Positions 43,216 to 56,528 are shown, counted from the first letter of the stretch. The stretch: 64,000 nt of DNA from Eledone cirrhosa (GCA_964016885.1 OZ024745.1:9982001-10046000), one strand, 5' to 3'. Notes: generated by a model not told the origin, from the sequence alone. Made by a program: numbers and translations.

Positions 43216-43698
43216 CTAGCAGAAAAACAACCCTTCAGGTGGTTTTTCTGCTAGCATGTGTAGTGTGTATATTGATATTATACACAAGTATATATACATG
43301 TAGATATGATACATCAAATAAAATCGTAATTGACAATATACACAGAAATTGAAGAGAGACTGTGTTACACTGTCTTATGTAATCAGTAACGTAATCCATG
43401 ATACATTTAAAAAAGACGATATTATATATAAACTGCATTAGGAGAAAATTAGCGACAGAAAATTAATATGTTTATTTAAGCGATCGCCACCGGAAGTGTT
43501 GACATTTGAAAATTTTAAAGAAGTGAATCTTTAAATAAATAATAAAATATATTTAATGAACAGCCACAAAATTTAGTAGATAAATTATGTAATATTCATT
43601 CATTATTTATTCAAAGTAATCCAACTTATTTTACTAATGGGATAAAAAAATGATAAACCGTACGCAGTCCCGCACTTCTTACTTTATTATAGTTTAGA
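43216..43698 (-). mobile_element. Probable non-autonomous Helitron (483 bp)
   Basis: Minus strand reads A|TCTAAACTATAATAAAG ... hairpin-CTAG|T: 5' TC, 3' CTAG, A/T insertion site, no TSD; CpG-richer than flanks. Confidence 0.6.
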
Positions 43699-43752
43699 TG
43701 GTAACGAAAATGTTAAAAGGTAGAAAGACGATTTGAGAAAAAAGAAATTTAC

Positions 43753-43833
43753 CTTTTTGTTAAGAATGAGACAGCAGTTTAACTCAATTTTAAAGGAATC
43801 ATTCAACTGCAAAACAACAGTGTGCCTCAATCG
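43753..43833 (-). CDS. CIT: Citron kinase-like exon: start of CNH domain (RLRHTVVLQLNDSFKIELNCCLILNKK)
   Basis: 81 bp, ttccag| and |gtaaat, phase 0-0. Confidence 0.8.
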
Positions 43834-43914
43834 CTGGAAAAGAAAGGAATCAAGATGACAACTATGGAAAATGTTGTGTTGGTGAGTACTCAACAAAATA
43901 TCATAACTCCTCCA

Positions 43915-44255
43915 GAACACTCTGAAAAGTGGTTGGTGATAGGAAGGGCACCCACCTGTAGAAAGCTTGACAACAAGTTGGGATCTTCAGTTGTGTCATA
44001 GACATAACAATTTCCCTAGTGTTGGTCTATAGGAAGGGCATCCAGCTATAGAAAACCTGCCAAAGGTTTGGGAAGACTCTGCAGCTATGCCTGGTGTTGA
44101 TGCCATGATAAAATTGATAAAGTGCACTCAGTAGAGTGCAGGATCATATGTTGAGTGATCAAAGGCAACACTTCAATAATGACTGGTTTTTGACAACATG
44201 TCCAACCCTTGCTAGCAGGGAAAACAGACATTAAACGATGATGATGGTGATGATT
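43915..44255 (+). mobile_element. Degenerate SINE 3' fragments
   Basis: Two taggaagggca(t/c)cc cores and acccttgctagcagggaaaacagacattaaacgatgatgat tail. Confidence 0.6.
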
Positions 44256-44914
44256 ATCTCTAAAGTAGAAGTTAATAATCTTATTAACAACTCATCTCAG
44301 TCATAGAGGTACTTAATCAAATATGTCAACCTTGTTAGACTGCAACAGAAAAATTGATGACTTCTTATCAATATGTCAACATTCTCAGACTGCCCCCAAA
44401 AAGTTGATGACTTCTTATAAATATGTCAACCTTCTTAGACTGCAACAGAAAAGTTGACTTCTCATGAAAAGTTCCTCTTGCTATAAGTTGTTCTCTTGTA
44501 ATCTGTTGCAATTTAAGTTTTACTTTTCCCTCTGTCAAATAGAGATTTCCCATTTTGTGTAGCCCTTGCTCTTATTATTTACTTCCAACCTACTCTCCCC
44601 TTATAAACTAGGCAAGGGTAACCTTTTTCAAACAGTGAGCCACATAGGATGTGGCTTATCATAAGGTAGGCTGCACTACTAGCAAATTTAAGGCAATTTT
44701 GAAATTAGGCATGCCATTCAGAAAGCCCATAACTGTTATAACCATCAATAGCAAGTGTTCTCCATACATGCTGTAATGTGGTTTGTATTAGGAAAGGTAT
44801 CCAGCCATAGAATATCAAAATGATGTTAATAATCTGGAAAATGATAATTCTATTCTAATAAAAAGAAATGATCTTATGAAGATTTGTTTAGACATGAAGA
44901 ACATCAAGACATAC

Positions 44915-45014
44915 TGTCTGTTTATTGACACTGCTTCTCTTCTTAACAACAGCTTCCAATGCAGCAGCCCAGCGCTGCTTATCTGAGAAATTCATACACA
45001 TTAGGTAGAGAATT
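44915..45014 (-). CDS. CIT: Citron kinase-like exon: PH C-terminal helix (ILYLMCMNFSDKQRWAAALEAVV)
   Basis: 100 bp, ttccag| and |gtatgt, phase 2-0; DKQRW..ALE motif. Confidence 0.92.
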
Positions 45015-45338
45015 CTGGAATGAAACATAGAAGATGTTACAACAGTTAATGTTACACCACACACAACTAATGGAATGGTACACAATTATTTAATGGGTAA
45101 GGTGAAATATTAAAATATCTTTAAGATAGAGAAAATTTGTTGTAGATTATATAAACAGCTTATTGATGAATAGAAATATAGTGTGAAGAAAAATAGAACC
45201 TGAAAGGTGTAACTCTCCTGAACAGATTTTAAGAGTGAAAAGAATGATTATTTTAGAGAGAGAAGAGAGATATGAAGGAATTACATACTTTCATGAGAGG
45301 CAAGGAGAGAGAGGGAGAGATATGAAGGAATTACATAC

Positions 45339-45578
45339 TTTCCAGGCCAACAAGTATTATCTGGAATCTCTTCTACTTTCATGATGTACAAGAGATCGGA
45401 AGTAGCGGTGTTAGGAAGCTCAGCAGCTGTCACAGCACTATGAACCACTACCTCATTGTTATTAGAAGGACACAGGTCAAATGTATCAACTGGTGATGCA
45501 TCATCTTCATCATTGTAAATCATCAATAAATTTCCATCTAGTTTCACCCAACACTGATCCCAGCTGTTTTTACCACTT
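45339..45578 (-). CDS. CIT: Citron kinase-like exon: PH domain (GKNSWDQCWVKLDG...VVVHSAVTAAELPNTATSDLLYIMKVE...TCWPG)
   Basis: 240 bp, ttctag| and |gtatgt, phase 2-2; ELxNTAxxD and TCWPG motifs of the citron PH domain. Confidence 0.92.
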
Positions 45579-46367
45579 CTAGAAAATAAATATATTTAGA
45601 CAACACTGAGTAGGGAGAATATTCTGTATATGTTGTGGACTTGAGAATCTCTAGTGGTGGTGTGGGCCACTGGAAGCTGGATGACACATCTATAGGTACA
45701 ATACAGGCTAGAGAAGGGCTCATGTTTTAAAAATATAATAAAATACAATAAAAACATATATTGAAAAGTTAAAATATAGGAAAAAATGTGTTAATGTTTT
45801 CATTATAAATCCTATCAGTTAATATATGGTTTAACTGGACATAAGGAACTTTTAAATTATATAGTAAGTTAACATTTATAGAAATATCCTTTCAGTTTGA
45901 ATGTTTAAAATAAACTAAAATAAGATTTCCATTCTTTGCCAAACGTTTTACTGTCTTCCTTCTAGTCAAGATTTATAAATATGGTAATATTTCCTACTTC
46001 AACAACTACAGTAGCTGTATATAGACAGTTGGAGTGGATAGCAACCTATTCCATCACTACTACAATGATACAAGAAAATGTGGGCAGAAGCTCTCTGGTG
46101 TACTGAACCCCAGCTGCTGGCTGCCCCATTGCACAATGATGAGAAAGCCTGCTGCACCCCCTCCCCCCTCATTTTTTTGTAGAGCAATATTTAATTTTCT
46201 ATAAAACTACTAAGCTATAAATGTAAGAAAAAGATTTATGTTGTTCATTATATAGACCCAGCCAGTCTTTGTCAAGTTATCTCCCTTAGCTTTCATATTT
46301 AAATGTATTCAGTGTTATTTTCATATTTTGTTAAAGGATAGTTTATATTGTTGTTTAGCCCAAAGTC

Positions 46368-46400
<33 letters not shown>

Positions 46401-46408
46401 TAACCTAC

Positions 46409-46583
46409 CTTTGTATTTTGAGGTAACTTGAGATTTCACAGGGATTTGTCTGATCTGAATTCACTATGTCAGAGGATTCTATATTCCGCAAACACATTGT
46501 AAAGTTCTGAATATATTCCGGTAGCAGACCACACGTGGGTGGCACTTGTGAGGAACATTTTAAGTGGCACACAATGTGACATT
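46409..46583 (-). CDS. CIT: Citron kinase-like exon: end of C1 domain (ECHIVCHLKCSSQVPPTCGL) and start of PH
   Basis: 175 bp, ttccag| and |gtaggt, phase 1-2; completes the C1 Cys/His pattern. Confidence 0.92.
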
Positions 46584-46714
46584 CTGGAAAGAAGGAACAA
46601 TGGGTAACTACAACAATCAAAGAATGGTTACTTTCAAAGAATCAACTCCCAGGAGAATATTTCAATGAAAGATTCCTGAAAGTAGACACACAACTATAGT
46701 TTATATCAACTTTG

Positions 46715-46975
46715 AAATATAGATTAAATATAATATGTGGGTATGTAGTTAAAATGTCTCATGAAAGAATAGCTGGACAGATTTTACAGGCAAAACCAAC
46801 CAGCAGGAGACCCAGGGGTAGACCCCGAGCAAGATGGTTGGATAACATTCATGAGCTTGGTTGGTCTCACTTGGGGATCCAGCTGGATCTGTTGGAGATG
46901 GTTGCTTCTGACAGGACCTGCTGGAAGGGGTGTTTGAGGACTCTGGCCCCACGACCCTTTCACGAATAAATGGGC
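46715..46975 (+). mobile_element. RTE-type LINE 3'-terminal fragment
   Basis: ILQAKPTSRRPRGRPRARWLDNI...ASDRTCWK, typical RTE ORF C-terminus. Confidence 0.7.
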
Positions 46976-47220
46976 AAAGAAGAATATAATTTATATAATT
47001 AACACAATATATGATGAAAATACATTATTGCAAAAATAAGTGTGTCACATTAGTTTTAAAATATATAGTTAATACAATATACAATGTCACACTAGTTATA
47101 TAAATGTTTATAATTGATTATATTTGGAAACTGAATCTCAAAGATAACACAGGACTGAGCTCACAGGTGATACACTGTGATACAAAAGACCTGTCTACCA
47201 GTACCAACACAGGACTGAGT

Positions 47221-48406
47221 TCACTGGAGGTTTAGACTATCAATCTACAGCCTTCCACTGGAGGTTTAGACTCTACCACGGCCTTCCACTGGAGGTTTAG
47301 ACTCTACTACGGCCTTCCACTGGAGGTTTAGACTCTACTACGGCCTTCCACTGGAGGTTTAGACTCTATCAATCTACAGCCTTCCACTGGAGGTTTAGAC
47401 TATCAATCTACAGCCTTCCACTGGAGGTTTAGACTATCAATCTACAGCCTTCCACTGGAGGTTTAGACTATCAATCTACAGCCTTCCACTGGAGGTTTAG
47501 ACTATCAATCTACAGCCTTCCACTGGAGGTTTAGACTATCAATCTACAGCCTTCCACTGGAGGTTTAGACTCTACCACGGCCTTCCACTGGAGGTTTAGA
47601 CTCTACTACGGCCTTCCACTGGAGGTTTAGACTATCAATCTACAGCCTTCCACTGGAGGTTTAGACTATCAATCTACAGCCTTCCACTGGAGGTTTAGAC
47701 TATCAATCTACAGCCTTCCACTGGAGGTTTAGACTATCAATCTACAGCCTTCCACTGGAGGTTTAGACTATCAATCTACAGCCTTCCACTGGAGGTTTAG
47801 ACTATCAATCTACAGCCTTCCACTGGAGGTTTAGACTCTACTACGGCCTTCCACTGGAGGTTTAGACTCTACTACGGCCTTCCACTGGAAGTTTAGACTC
47901 TATTAATCTACAGCCTTCCACTGGAGGTTTAGACTATCAATCTACAGCCTTCCACTGGAGGTTTAGACTTTACCACAGACTTCCACTGGAGGTTTAGACT
48001 TTACCACAGACTTCCACTGGAGGTTTAGACTCTACCACGGCCTTCCACTGGAGGTTTAGACTCTACCACGGCCTTCCACTGGAGGTTTAGACTTTACCAC
48101 AGACTTCCACTGGAGGTTTAGACTCTACCACGGCCTTCCACTGGAGGTTTAGACTCTACCACGGCCTTCCACTGGAGGTTTAGACTCTACCACAGCCTTC
48201 CACTGGAGGTTTAGACGCTACCACGGCCTTCCACTGGAGGTTTAAACTCTACCACGGCCTTCCACTGGAGGTTTAGACTCTACCACGGCCTTCCACTGGA
48301 GGTTTAGACTCTACCACAGCCTTCCACTGGAGGTTTAGACTCTACCAATCTACAGCCTTCCACTGGAGGTTAGACTATCAATCTACAGCCTTCCACTGGA
48401 GGTTTA
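47221..48406. repeat. 31/34-bp minisatellite (about 36 copies)
   Basis: Constant ccttccactggaggtttagact followed by ctaccacgg or atcaatctacag. Confidence 0.95.
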
Positions 48407-48439
48407 TTAAGTAGTAAACAGAAGTAAACGTTTATTTAC

Positions 48440-48751
48440 CTTTACATTTTTGGGCCTGTGAAACAAATGGAACATTTCCAAGGCACACGGCACATTTCGT
48501 TGCCCGTGTGTTATAACCAGAAACAAACCTATGAGATATGTTGTGATTCATCCTAGCACGAGGTGGCTTAGCAGGGGCCATTGGAGTGCCAGGTGCACTC
48601 TTGCTCAAGCCACTGGATGATACTGAGGCAGTTAACTTTGACAGCGTGTGGCTGGTTGGAGAATGGCTAATAGTTGATATAACAGTTGGGTCTGAAAGGG
48701 TGCTTCTTCCTGACAGAAACTCACGAGAATCACCAGTCTTCAGTTTCAAAA
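48440..48751 (-). CDS. CIT: Citron kinase-like exon: Ser-rich linker and start of C1 domain ([10 protein letters not shown]...[23 protein letters not shown])
   Basis: 312 bp, ctctag| and |gtaaat, phase 1-1; H-x-F...CxxC C1 signature similar to citron RMHHNIPHRF...RATKCAVCL. Confidence 0.92.
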
Positions 48752-48789
48752 CTAGAGAGGAAAATGAAAAATTAAAAAAAGAATTTAGA

Positions 48790-51670
48790 CTTGTATTCAA
48801 TAGAACCGTGACAATTATATCCGCATATACACCTCCATCTGGACTGCTAGACATACTAAAAGACAGGTTCTATGGCTCCCTAATCCACACTATTTCCCAG
48901 TCACTTCAGAATAATTGCAGGTGATTTTAATGGGATCCACTGGGGTCATGTCAGGCAACACTGTGATGGCTTTGATGGGATCTACGGGGGTCATGTCAGG
49001 CAACACTGTGATGGCTTTGATGGGATCTACGGGGGTCATGTCAGGGGAACACTGTGATGGCTTTGATGGGATCTACGGGGGTTATGTCAGGGGAACAGTG
49101 CTATGGCTTTGATGGGATCTACGGGGGTTATGTCAGGGGAACACTGTGATGGCTTTGATGGGATCTACGGGGGTCATGTCAGGCAACACTGTGATGGTTT
49201 TGATGGGATCTACTGGGGTCATGTCAGGCAACACTGTGATGGTTTTGATGGGATCTACTGGGGTCATGTCAGGCAACACTATGATGGCTTTGATGGGATC
49301 TACTGGGGTTATGTCAGGGGAACACTGTGATGGCTTTGATGGAATCTACGGGGGTCATGTCAGGGGAACACTGCTATGGCTTTGATGGGATCTACTGGGG
49401 TTATGTCAGGCAACACTGTGATGGCTTTGATGGGATCTACGGGGGTTATGTCAGGGGAACACTGCTATGGCTTTGATGGGATCTACGGGGGTTATGTCAG
49501 GCAACACTGTGATGGTTTTGATGGGATCTACTGGGGTCATGTCAGGCAACACTATGATGGCTTTGATGGGATCTACGGGGGTCATGTCAGGGGAACACTG
49601 CTATGGCTTTGATAGGATCTACGGGGGTTATGTCAGGCAACACTGTGATGGCTTTGATGGAATCTACGGGGGTCATGTCAGGGGAACACTGCTATGGCTT
49701 TGATGGGATCTACTGGGGTTATGTCAGGCAACACTGTGATGGTTTTGATGGGATCTACTGGGGTCATGTCAGGCAACACTGTGATGGCTTTGATGGGATC
49801 TACGGGGGTCATGTCAGGCAACACTGTGATGGCTTTGATGGGATCTACTGGGGTTATGTCAGGGGAACACTGCTATGGCTTTGATGGGATCTACTGGGGT
49901 CATGTCAGGGGAACACTGCTATGGCTTTGATGGGATCTACTGGGGTCATGTCAGGGGAACACTGTGATGGCTTTGATGGGATCTACTGGGGTCATGTCAG
50001 GCAACACTGCTATGGCTTTGATGGGATCTACTGGGGTCATGTCAGGGGAACACTGCTATGGCTTTGATGGGATCTACTGGGGTCATGTCAGGCAACACTG
50101 TGATGGCTTTGATGGGATCTACTGGGGTCATGTCAGGGGAACACTGCTATGGCTTTGATGGGATCTACTGGGGTCATGTCAGGCAACACTGTGATGGCTT
50201 TGATGGGATCTACTGGGGTCATGTCAGGGGAACACTGCTATGGCTTTGATGGGATCTACTGGGGTCATGTCAGGCAACACTGTGATGGCTTTGATGGGAT
50301 CTACGGGGGTTATGTCAGGCAACACTGTGATGGCTTTGATGGGATCTACTGGGGTTATGTCAGGGGAACACTGCTATGGCTTTGATGGGATCTACTGGGG
50401 TTATGTCAGGCAACACTGTGATGGCTTTGATGGGATCTACTGGGGTTATGTCAGGGGAACACTGCTATGGCTTTGATGGGATCTACTGGGGTTATGGCTT
50501 TGGTGCTAAAAATGAAAGTTTCAGGCTTCTGGAATTTTGCGACCTATCTAACGAGACAATCACTTAATCACCTATAGATCAGGTGAGCACACTAGCCAGA
50601 TAGATTTTATCCTCACCAGAAAACAAGACAGAGTGACGGTTGTAAATGCCAAGTCCCTCCCTGGTGAAGAATGCACCTCCCAACATAACCTAGTAGTTAG
50701 TGACCTTATAGTTAGGGTTAGGAGAACTCAGCAACACAAGACAACCTGATGGAGAAGAATATAGAAATTAAAGGACCCATCAGCCAATAACTAATTTGGA
50801 GGTATGTTGCTGGATGCTTTTGACAGTAAGAACAAATAGAAACATACAATATAGAGGAGCAGTGAGAGTTCCTGAAAAATAACCTACTGAAAGTGACAAA
50901 CAGAATCTGTGGTTGGAGCAGTTCTCTAGGGAGAAGGAGAGTGACTTGGTGGTGCCCTCACTGACACTGAAAAGAAGGTAGCTAGCTTGGAAGCGCCACT
51001 ATGAAAGAACACTGAATGAGGAGAATGCATGGGATGAAGATAGTTTGCCCTAAGTTGAACCAACAGAGAGATAGGCTGTACAAGTCAGCAGTAGTATAGT
51101 AAGGCAATCAAAGATATAAAGACAGGCAAGGCAGCTGGACCTTCAGGGATAGTTGCTGAGATGCAGGCTAGCAAAGAACATAGGTTTTATGTGGCCAATG
51201 CAATAAGTGCAATAAGTAGCAAAAGCTCACAGGATACTAGCTCTTTCAAATGCCCAGAGTGAGATGGGTTTTTTTCCTCAAAATGAAGGGAAGATTGTAT
51301 GATGCATGTATATGAACAGCAATGTTGCATGATAGTGAGACCTGGGTACTGTGTGTTGAGGACCTGTGAAGAAATGAAGCTTCCATGCTTCAATGGATGT
51401 GTAATAGTAACTGAGAGAGAAACTGGACATAAAAGGGATGAGATGCAGTAAGAGAGGAGATTGTGTTGGTATGGACATGTGATGTGTATGAAGGGTGACA
51501 GCTATAAAAATGTGCAGAGCGTTCAAAGTTGATGGAAGCTATGGAGTGGGCAAACCTGGGATGAGGTGGTAAAAGCTGACCTTGCGCAATTACACCTCTC
51601 AGGACTATGATCTCTGGCGTTATGCAGCAATACAGAAAACCTGCCTCCCCATGTGCACAGGTTAAAGCAT
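48790..51670 (+). mobile_element. Degenerate, internally deleted RTE-type LINE
   Basis: APE endonuclease motifs IISAYTP, IAGDFNG, GYGFGAKNE, RLLEFC, SQIDFIL, QHNLVVSDL; GKAAGPSGIVAEM; RTE-like C-terminal remnants. Confidence 0.82.
48930..50497 (+). repeat. 45/46-bp minisatellite (about 34 copies) amplified from the RTE endonuclease domain
   Basis: Unit encodes GHVRQHCDGFDGIYG between GDFNG and GYGFG. Confidence 0.93.
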
Positions 51671-51769
51671 CTAGCATGCACCACCTTCCCCTCTATACCT
51701 TCCACATCATAACACCCTACAAACGCCCCTAGATTTACCTCACATATCCCCACACTCCACTCCCAGTCC

Positions 51770-51970
51770 ACACTGTAAAGTGGTCGTGTAGATGTCATGA
51801 CAAAAAGCACTCAGGACACACTGTAAAGTGGTTGGCGTTAGGAAGGGCATCCAGCCATAAAAACCAAGCCAAAATCAGTTCTGTATGAGCAAGATATGGT
51901 CATCTGACAAATCGTCTCATCCATGCTAGTGTGGAAAATGGACATTAAACGGTGGTGATGATGATGATGA
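51770..51970 (+). mobile_element. SINE 3' half
   Basis: cactgtaaagtggtcgtgtag...aaaaagcac...gttggcgttaggaagggcatccagc...gatgatgat, homologous to 9880-10049. Confidence 0.8.
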
Positions 51971-52248
51971 ATGAGATAATTTTTAAAACCAAACTATATT
52001 AGGAAATTGCCAACTAAACTAGAGAATTAATGTCATGAACAAGACAGAGTGGTATGGGCATATGTATGGATGATGATTGCAGGGTGAAGAAGTGCCAAGA
52101 AATCCTCCCAGTGGAAGAGGAAGACTTAGGGGAAGATCAAGATGCAACAGAATAAAAGGAGGGATGCTGTGCTGGAAAGCCAGTCTAATCCATCCATGCA
52201 AGTATGGATGGTGATGATGATTGTGTGTATATATTCCTTAAAACTAAC

Positions 52249-52414
52249 CATCAGAAGCAAGTTGATAATTTTCAGCCCTCAATTTTTCAATTTGTTCTTG
52301 GAGTTTGACATTTTTCTTCTTTTCCGTTTCTATTTGAGTATAGACATCTCCACCAATACGAGTTGGAGTTCTATTTACACCGTCTTTGTTCTTGAAACTT
52401 CCAAATAGAGGACA
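52249..52414 (-). CDS. CIT: Citron kinase-like exon (CPLFGSFKNK...KLRAENYQLASD)
   Basis: 166 bp, tttcag| and |gttagt, phase 0-1, short coiled coil. Confidence 0.83.
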
Positions 52415-52823
52415 CTGAAAAAGTTTGATTTGATTTATTGTTACTTTAGTATAACTTATACAACACAAATGATAATCTACCAAACATTTCACCAAAATAG
52501 TTTTGAAGAAAGAAGCTAGATTAAAAAGTAAGACAATCCTGGGCACCAACAACCACAACACAGAGAAGAGGAATATAGTTAGAGGAAGATACTGAGACTT
52601 AACTGACGGTTTCATATTCATGTCAGTTGCTATTCAAACTGTGGTGACCTCGGTACATAAACTACTGTTTTCCTTCACTAAAAATCTGTCCAGTGATTCA
52701 TTCCTGAGACATTCTGACCACATTTTTTTAAAAATATGTAAATGTTGATGAATTGTAAATTTATTTCTTTTAATTTCTAAAATAAATATTGTTTATCCAG
52801 TAGACACAAAATATAAAAAGTAC

Positions 52824-52934
52824 CTTTTTCTTTTTGGTTGTAGTATCTGGAATTAATGCCTGCATGTAGTCAATAAGCTTCATCTGTTGCCCCATCATGC
52901 TCTCAAAGCGATATTTTTCCAAACAGTAGGAACT
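52824..52934 (-). CDS. CIT: Citron kinase-like exon (SSYCLEKYRFESMMGQQMKLIDYMQALIPDTTTKKKK)
   Basis: 111 bp, ttttag| and |gtactt, phase 0-0; resembles the citron motif [21 protein letters not shown]...KKKK recalled from vertebrate CIT. Confidence 0.88.
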
Positions 52935-52982
52935 CTAAAATAGTAACATAATAAAAAGAGAAAGATAAGAGTTAGAAATTGG

Positions 52983-55900
52983 GAGGTTATCAACATTTCA
53001 TCTCATCTATATTGTGTTGTGAGGTTATCAACATTTCATCTAATCTATACTGTGTTGTGAGGTTATCAACATTTCATCTAATCTATACTGTGTTGTGAGG
53101 TTATCAACATTTCATCTCATCTATATTGTGTTGTGAGGTTATCAACATTTCATCTCATCTATATTGTGTTGTGAGGTTATCAACATTTCATCTCATCTAT
53201 ACTGTGTTGTGAGGTTATCAACATTTCATCTCATCTATACTGTGTTGTGAGGTTATCAACATTTCATCTCATCTATACTGTGTTGTGAGGTTATCAACAT
53301 TTCATCTCATCTATACTGTGTTGTGAGGTTATCAACATTTCATCTCATCTATACTGTGTTGTGAGGTTATCAACATTTCATCTCATCTATACTGTGTTGT
53401 GAGGTTATCAACATTTCATCTCATCTATACTGTGTTGTGAGGTTATCAACATTTCATCTAATCTATACTATGTTGTGAGGTTATCAACATTTCATCTCAT
53501 CTATATTGTGTTGTGAGGTTATCAACATTTCATCTCATCTATACTGTGTTGTGAGGTTATCAACATTTCATCTCATCTATATTGTGTTGTGAGGTTATCA
53601 ACATTTCATCTCATCTATATTGTGTTGTGAGGTTATCAACATTTCATCTCATCTATACTGTGTTGTGAGGTTATCAACATTTCATCTAATTTATACTGTG
53701 TTGTGAGGTTATCAACATTTCATCTCATCTATACTGTGTTGTGAGGTTATCAACATTTCCTCTCATCTATATTGTGTTGTGAGGTTATCAACATTTCATC
53801 TCATCTATACTGTGTTGTGAGGTTATCAACATTTCATCTAATCTATACTGTGTTGTGAGGTTATCAACATTTCATCTCATCTATACTGTGTTGTGAGGTT
53901 ATCAACATTTCATCTCATCTATACTGTGTTGTGAGGTTATCAACATTTCATCTAATTTATACTGTGTTGTGAGGTTATCAACATTTCATCTAATCTATAC
54001 TGTGTTGTGAGGTTATCAACATTTCATCTAATCTATATTGTGTTGTGAGGTTATCAACATTTCATCTAATCTATATTGTGTTGTGAGGTTATCAACATTT
54101 CATCTAATCTATACTGTGTTGTGAGGTTATCAACATTTCATCTCATCTATACTGTGTTGTGAGGTTATCAACATTTCATCTAATCTATACTGTGTTGTGA
54201 GGTTATCAACATTTCATCTAATCTATATTGTGTTGTGAGGTTATCAACATTTCATATAATCTATAGTGTTGTGAGGTTATCAACATTTCATCTAATCTAT
54301 ACTGTGTTGTGAGGTTATCAACATTTCATCTAATCTATACTGTGTTGTGAGGTTATCAACATTTCATCTAATCTATATTGTGTTGTGAGGTTATCAACAT
54401 TTCATATAATCTATATTGTGTTGTGAGGTTATCAACATTTCATATAATCTATATTGTGTTGTGAGGTTATCAACATTTCATCTAATCTATACTGTGTTGT
54501 GAGGTTATCAACATTTCATATAAACTATATTGTGTTGTGAGGTTATCAACATTTCATCTAATCTATATTGTGTTGTGAGGTTATCAACATTTCATCTAAT
54601 CTATATTGTGTTGTGAGGTTATCAATCTATACTGTGTTGTGAGGTTATCAACATTTCATCTAATCTATACTGTGTTGTGAGGTTATCAACATTTCATCTA
54701 ATCTATACTGTGTTGTGAGGTTATCAACATTTCATCTAATTTATACTGTGTTGTGAGGTTATCAACATTTCATCTAATCTATACTGTGTTGTGAGGTTAT
54801 CAACATTTCATCTAATCTATATTGTGTTGTGAGGTTATCAACATTTCATCTAATCTATATTGTGTTGTGAGGTTATCAACATTTCATCTAATCTATACTG
54901 TGTTGTGAGGTTATCAACATTTCATCTAATCTATATTGTGTTGTGAGGTTATCAACATTTCATCTAATCTATATTGTGTTGTGAGGTTATCAACATTTCA
55001 TCTAATCTATACTGTGTTGTGAGGTTATCAACATTTCATCTAATCTATACTGTGTTGTGAGGTTATCAACATTTCATCTAATTTATACTGTGTTGTGAGG
55101 TTATCAACATTTCATCTAATCTATACTGTGTTGTGAGGTTATCAACATTTCATCTAATCTATATTGTGTTGTGAGGTTATCAACATTTCATCTAATCTAT
55201 ATTGTGTTGTGAGGTTATCAACATTTCATCTAATCTATACTGTGTTGTGAGGTTATCAACATTTCATCTCATCTATACTGTGTTGTGAGGTTATCAACAT
55301 TTCATCTCATCTATACTGTGTTGTGAGGTTATCAACATTTCATCTAATCTATACTGTGTTGTGAGGTTATCAACATTTCATTTCATCTATACTGTGTTGT
55401 GAGGTTATCAACATTTCATCTAATCTATACTGTGTTGTGAGGTTATCAACATTTCATCTAATCTATACTGTGTTGTGAGGTTATCAACATTTCATCTAAT
55501 CTATATTGTGTTGTGAGGTTATCAACATTTCATATAATCTATAGTGTTGTGAGGTTATCAACATTTCATCTAATCTATACTGTGTTGTGAGGTTATCAAC
55601 ATTTCATCTAATCTATACTGTGTTGTGAGGTTATCAACATTTCATCTAATCTATACTGTGTTGTGAGGTTATCAACATTTCATCTAATCTATACTGTGTT
55701 GTGAGGTTATCAAGATTTCATCTAATCTATACTGTGTTGTGAGGTTATCAATATTTCATCTAATCTATACTGTGTTGTGAGGTTATCAACATTTCATCTA
55801 ATCTATACTGTGTTGTGAGGTTATCAACATTTCATCTCATCTATACTGTGTTGTGAGGTTATCAACATTTCATCTCATCTATATTGTGTTGTGAGGTTAT

Positions 55901-56459
55901 CAACATTTCATCTCATCTATATTGTGTTGTGAGGTTATCAACATTTCATCTAATCTATACTGTGTTGTGAGGTTATCAACATTTCATCTAATCTATACTG
56001 TGTTGTGAGGTTATCAACATTTCATCTAATCTATACTGTTGTGAGGTTATCAACATTTCATATAAACTATATTGTGTTGTGAGGTTATCAACATTTCATC
56101 TAATCTATATTGTGTTGTGAGGTTATCAACATTTCATCTAATCTATACTGTGTTGTGAGGTTATCAACATTTCATCTAATCTATACTGTGTTGTGAGGTT
56201 ATCAACATTTCATCTAATCTATACTGTGTTGTGAGGTTATCAATATTTCATCTAATCTATACTGTGTTGTGAGGTTATCAACATTTCATCTAATCTATAC
56301 TGTGTTGTGAGGTTATCAACATTTCATCTCATCTATACTGTGTTGTGAGGTTATCAACATTTCATCTCATCTATATTGTGTTGTGAGGTTATCAACATTT
56401 CATCTCAGCTATATTGTGTTGTGAGGTTATCAACATTTAATCTAATCTATACTGTGTTG
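52983..56459. repeat. 38-bp minisatellite (about 91 copies)
   Basis: Unit gaggttatcaacatttcatct(c/a)atctata(c/t)tgtgttgt. Confidence 0.98.
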
Positions 56460-56528
56460 GGAGATTTAATATGTGAAGAATTTTATCTGATGCCTTGTTG
56501 AGTGTTTTATTGTTTTTTTTTATAAGTT

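Noticed and set aside
47221-48406. CRISPR-like look: constant 22-bp block with variable short segments
   Set aside because: Variable parts are only 9-14 bp and recur as a few variants; no unique spacers, no cas genes, eukaryotic intron
48915-50567. Many overlapping repetitive ORFs (MALMGSTGV.../CDGFDGIYWG...)
   Set aside because: Translations of a 45/46-bp minisatellite that shifts frame repeatedly inside a dead LINE
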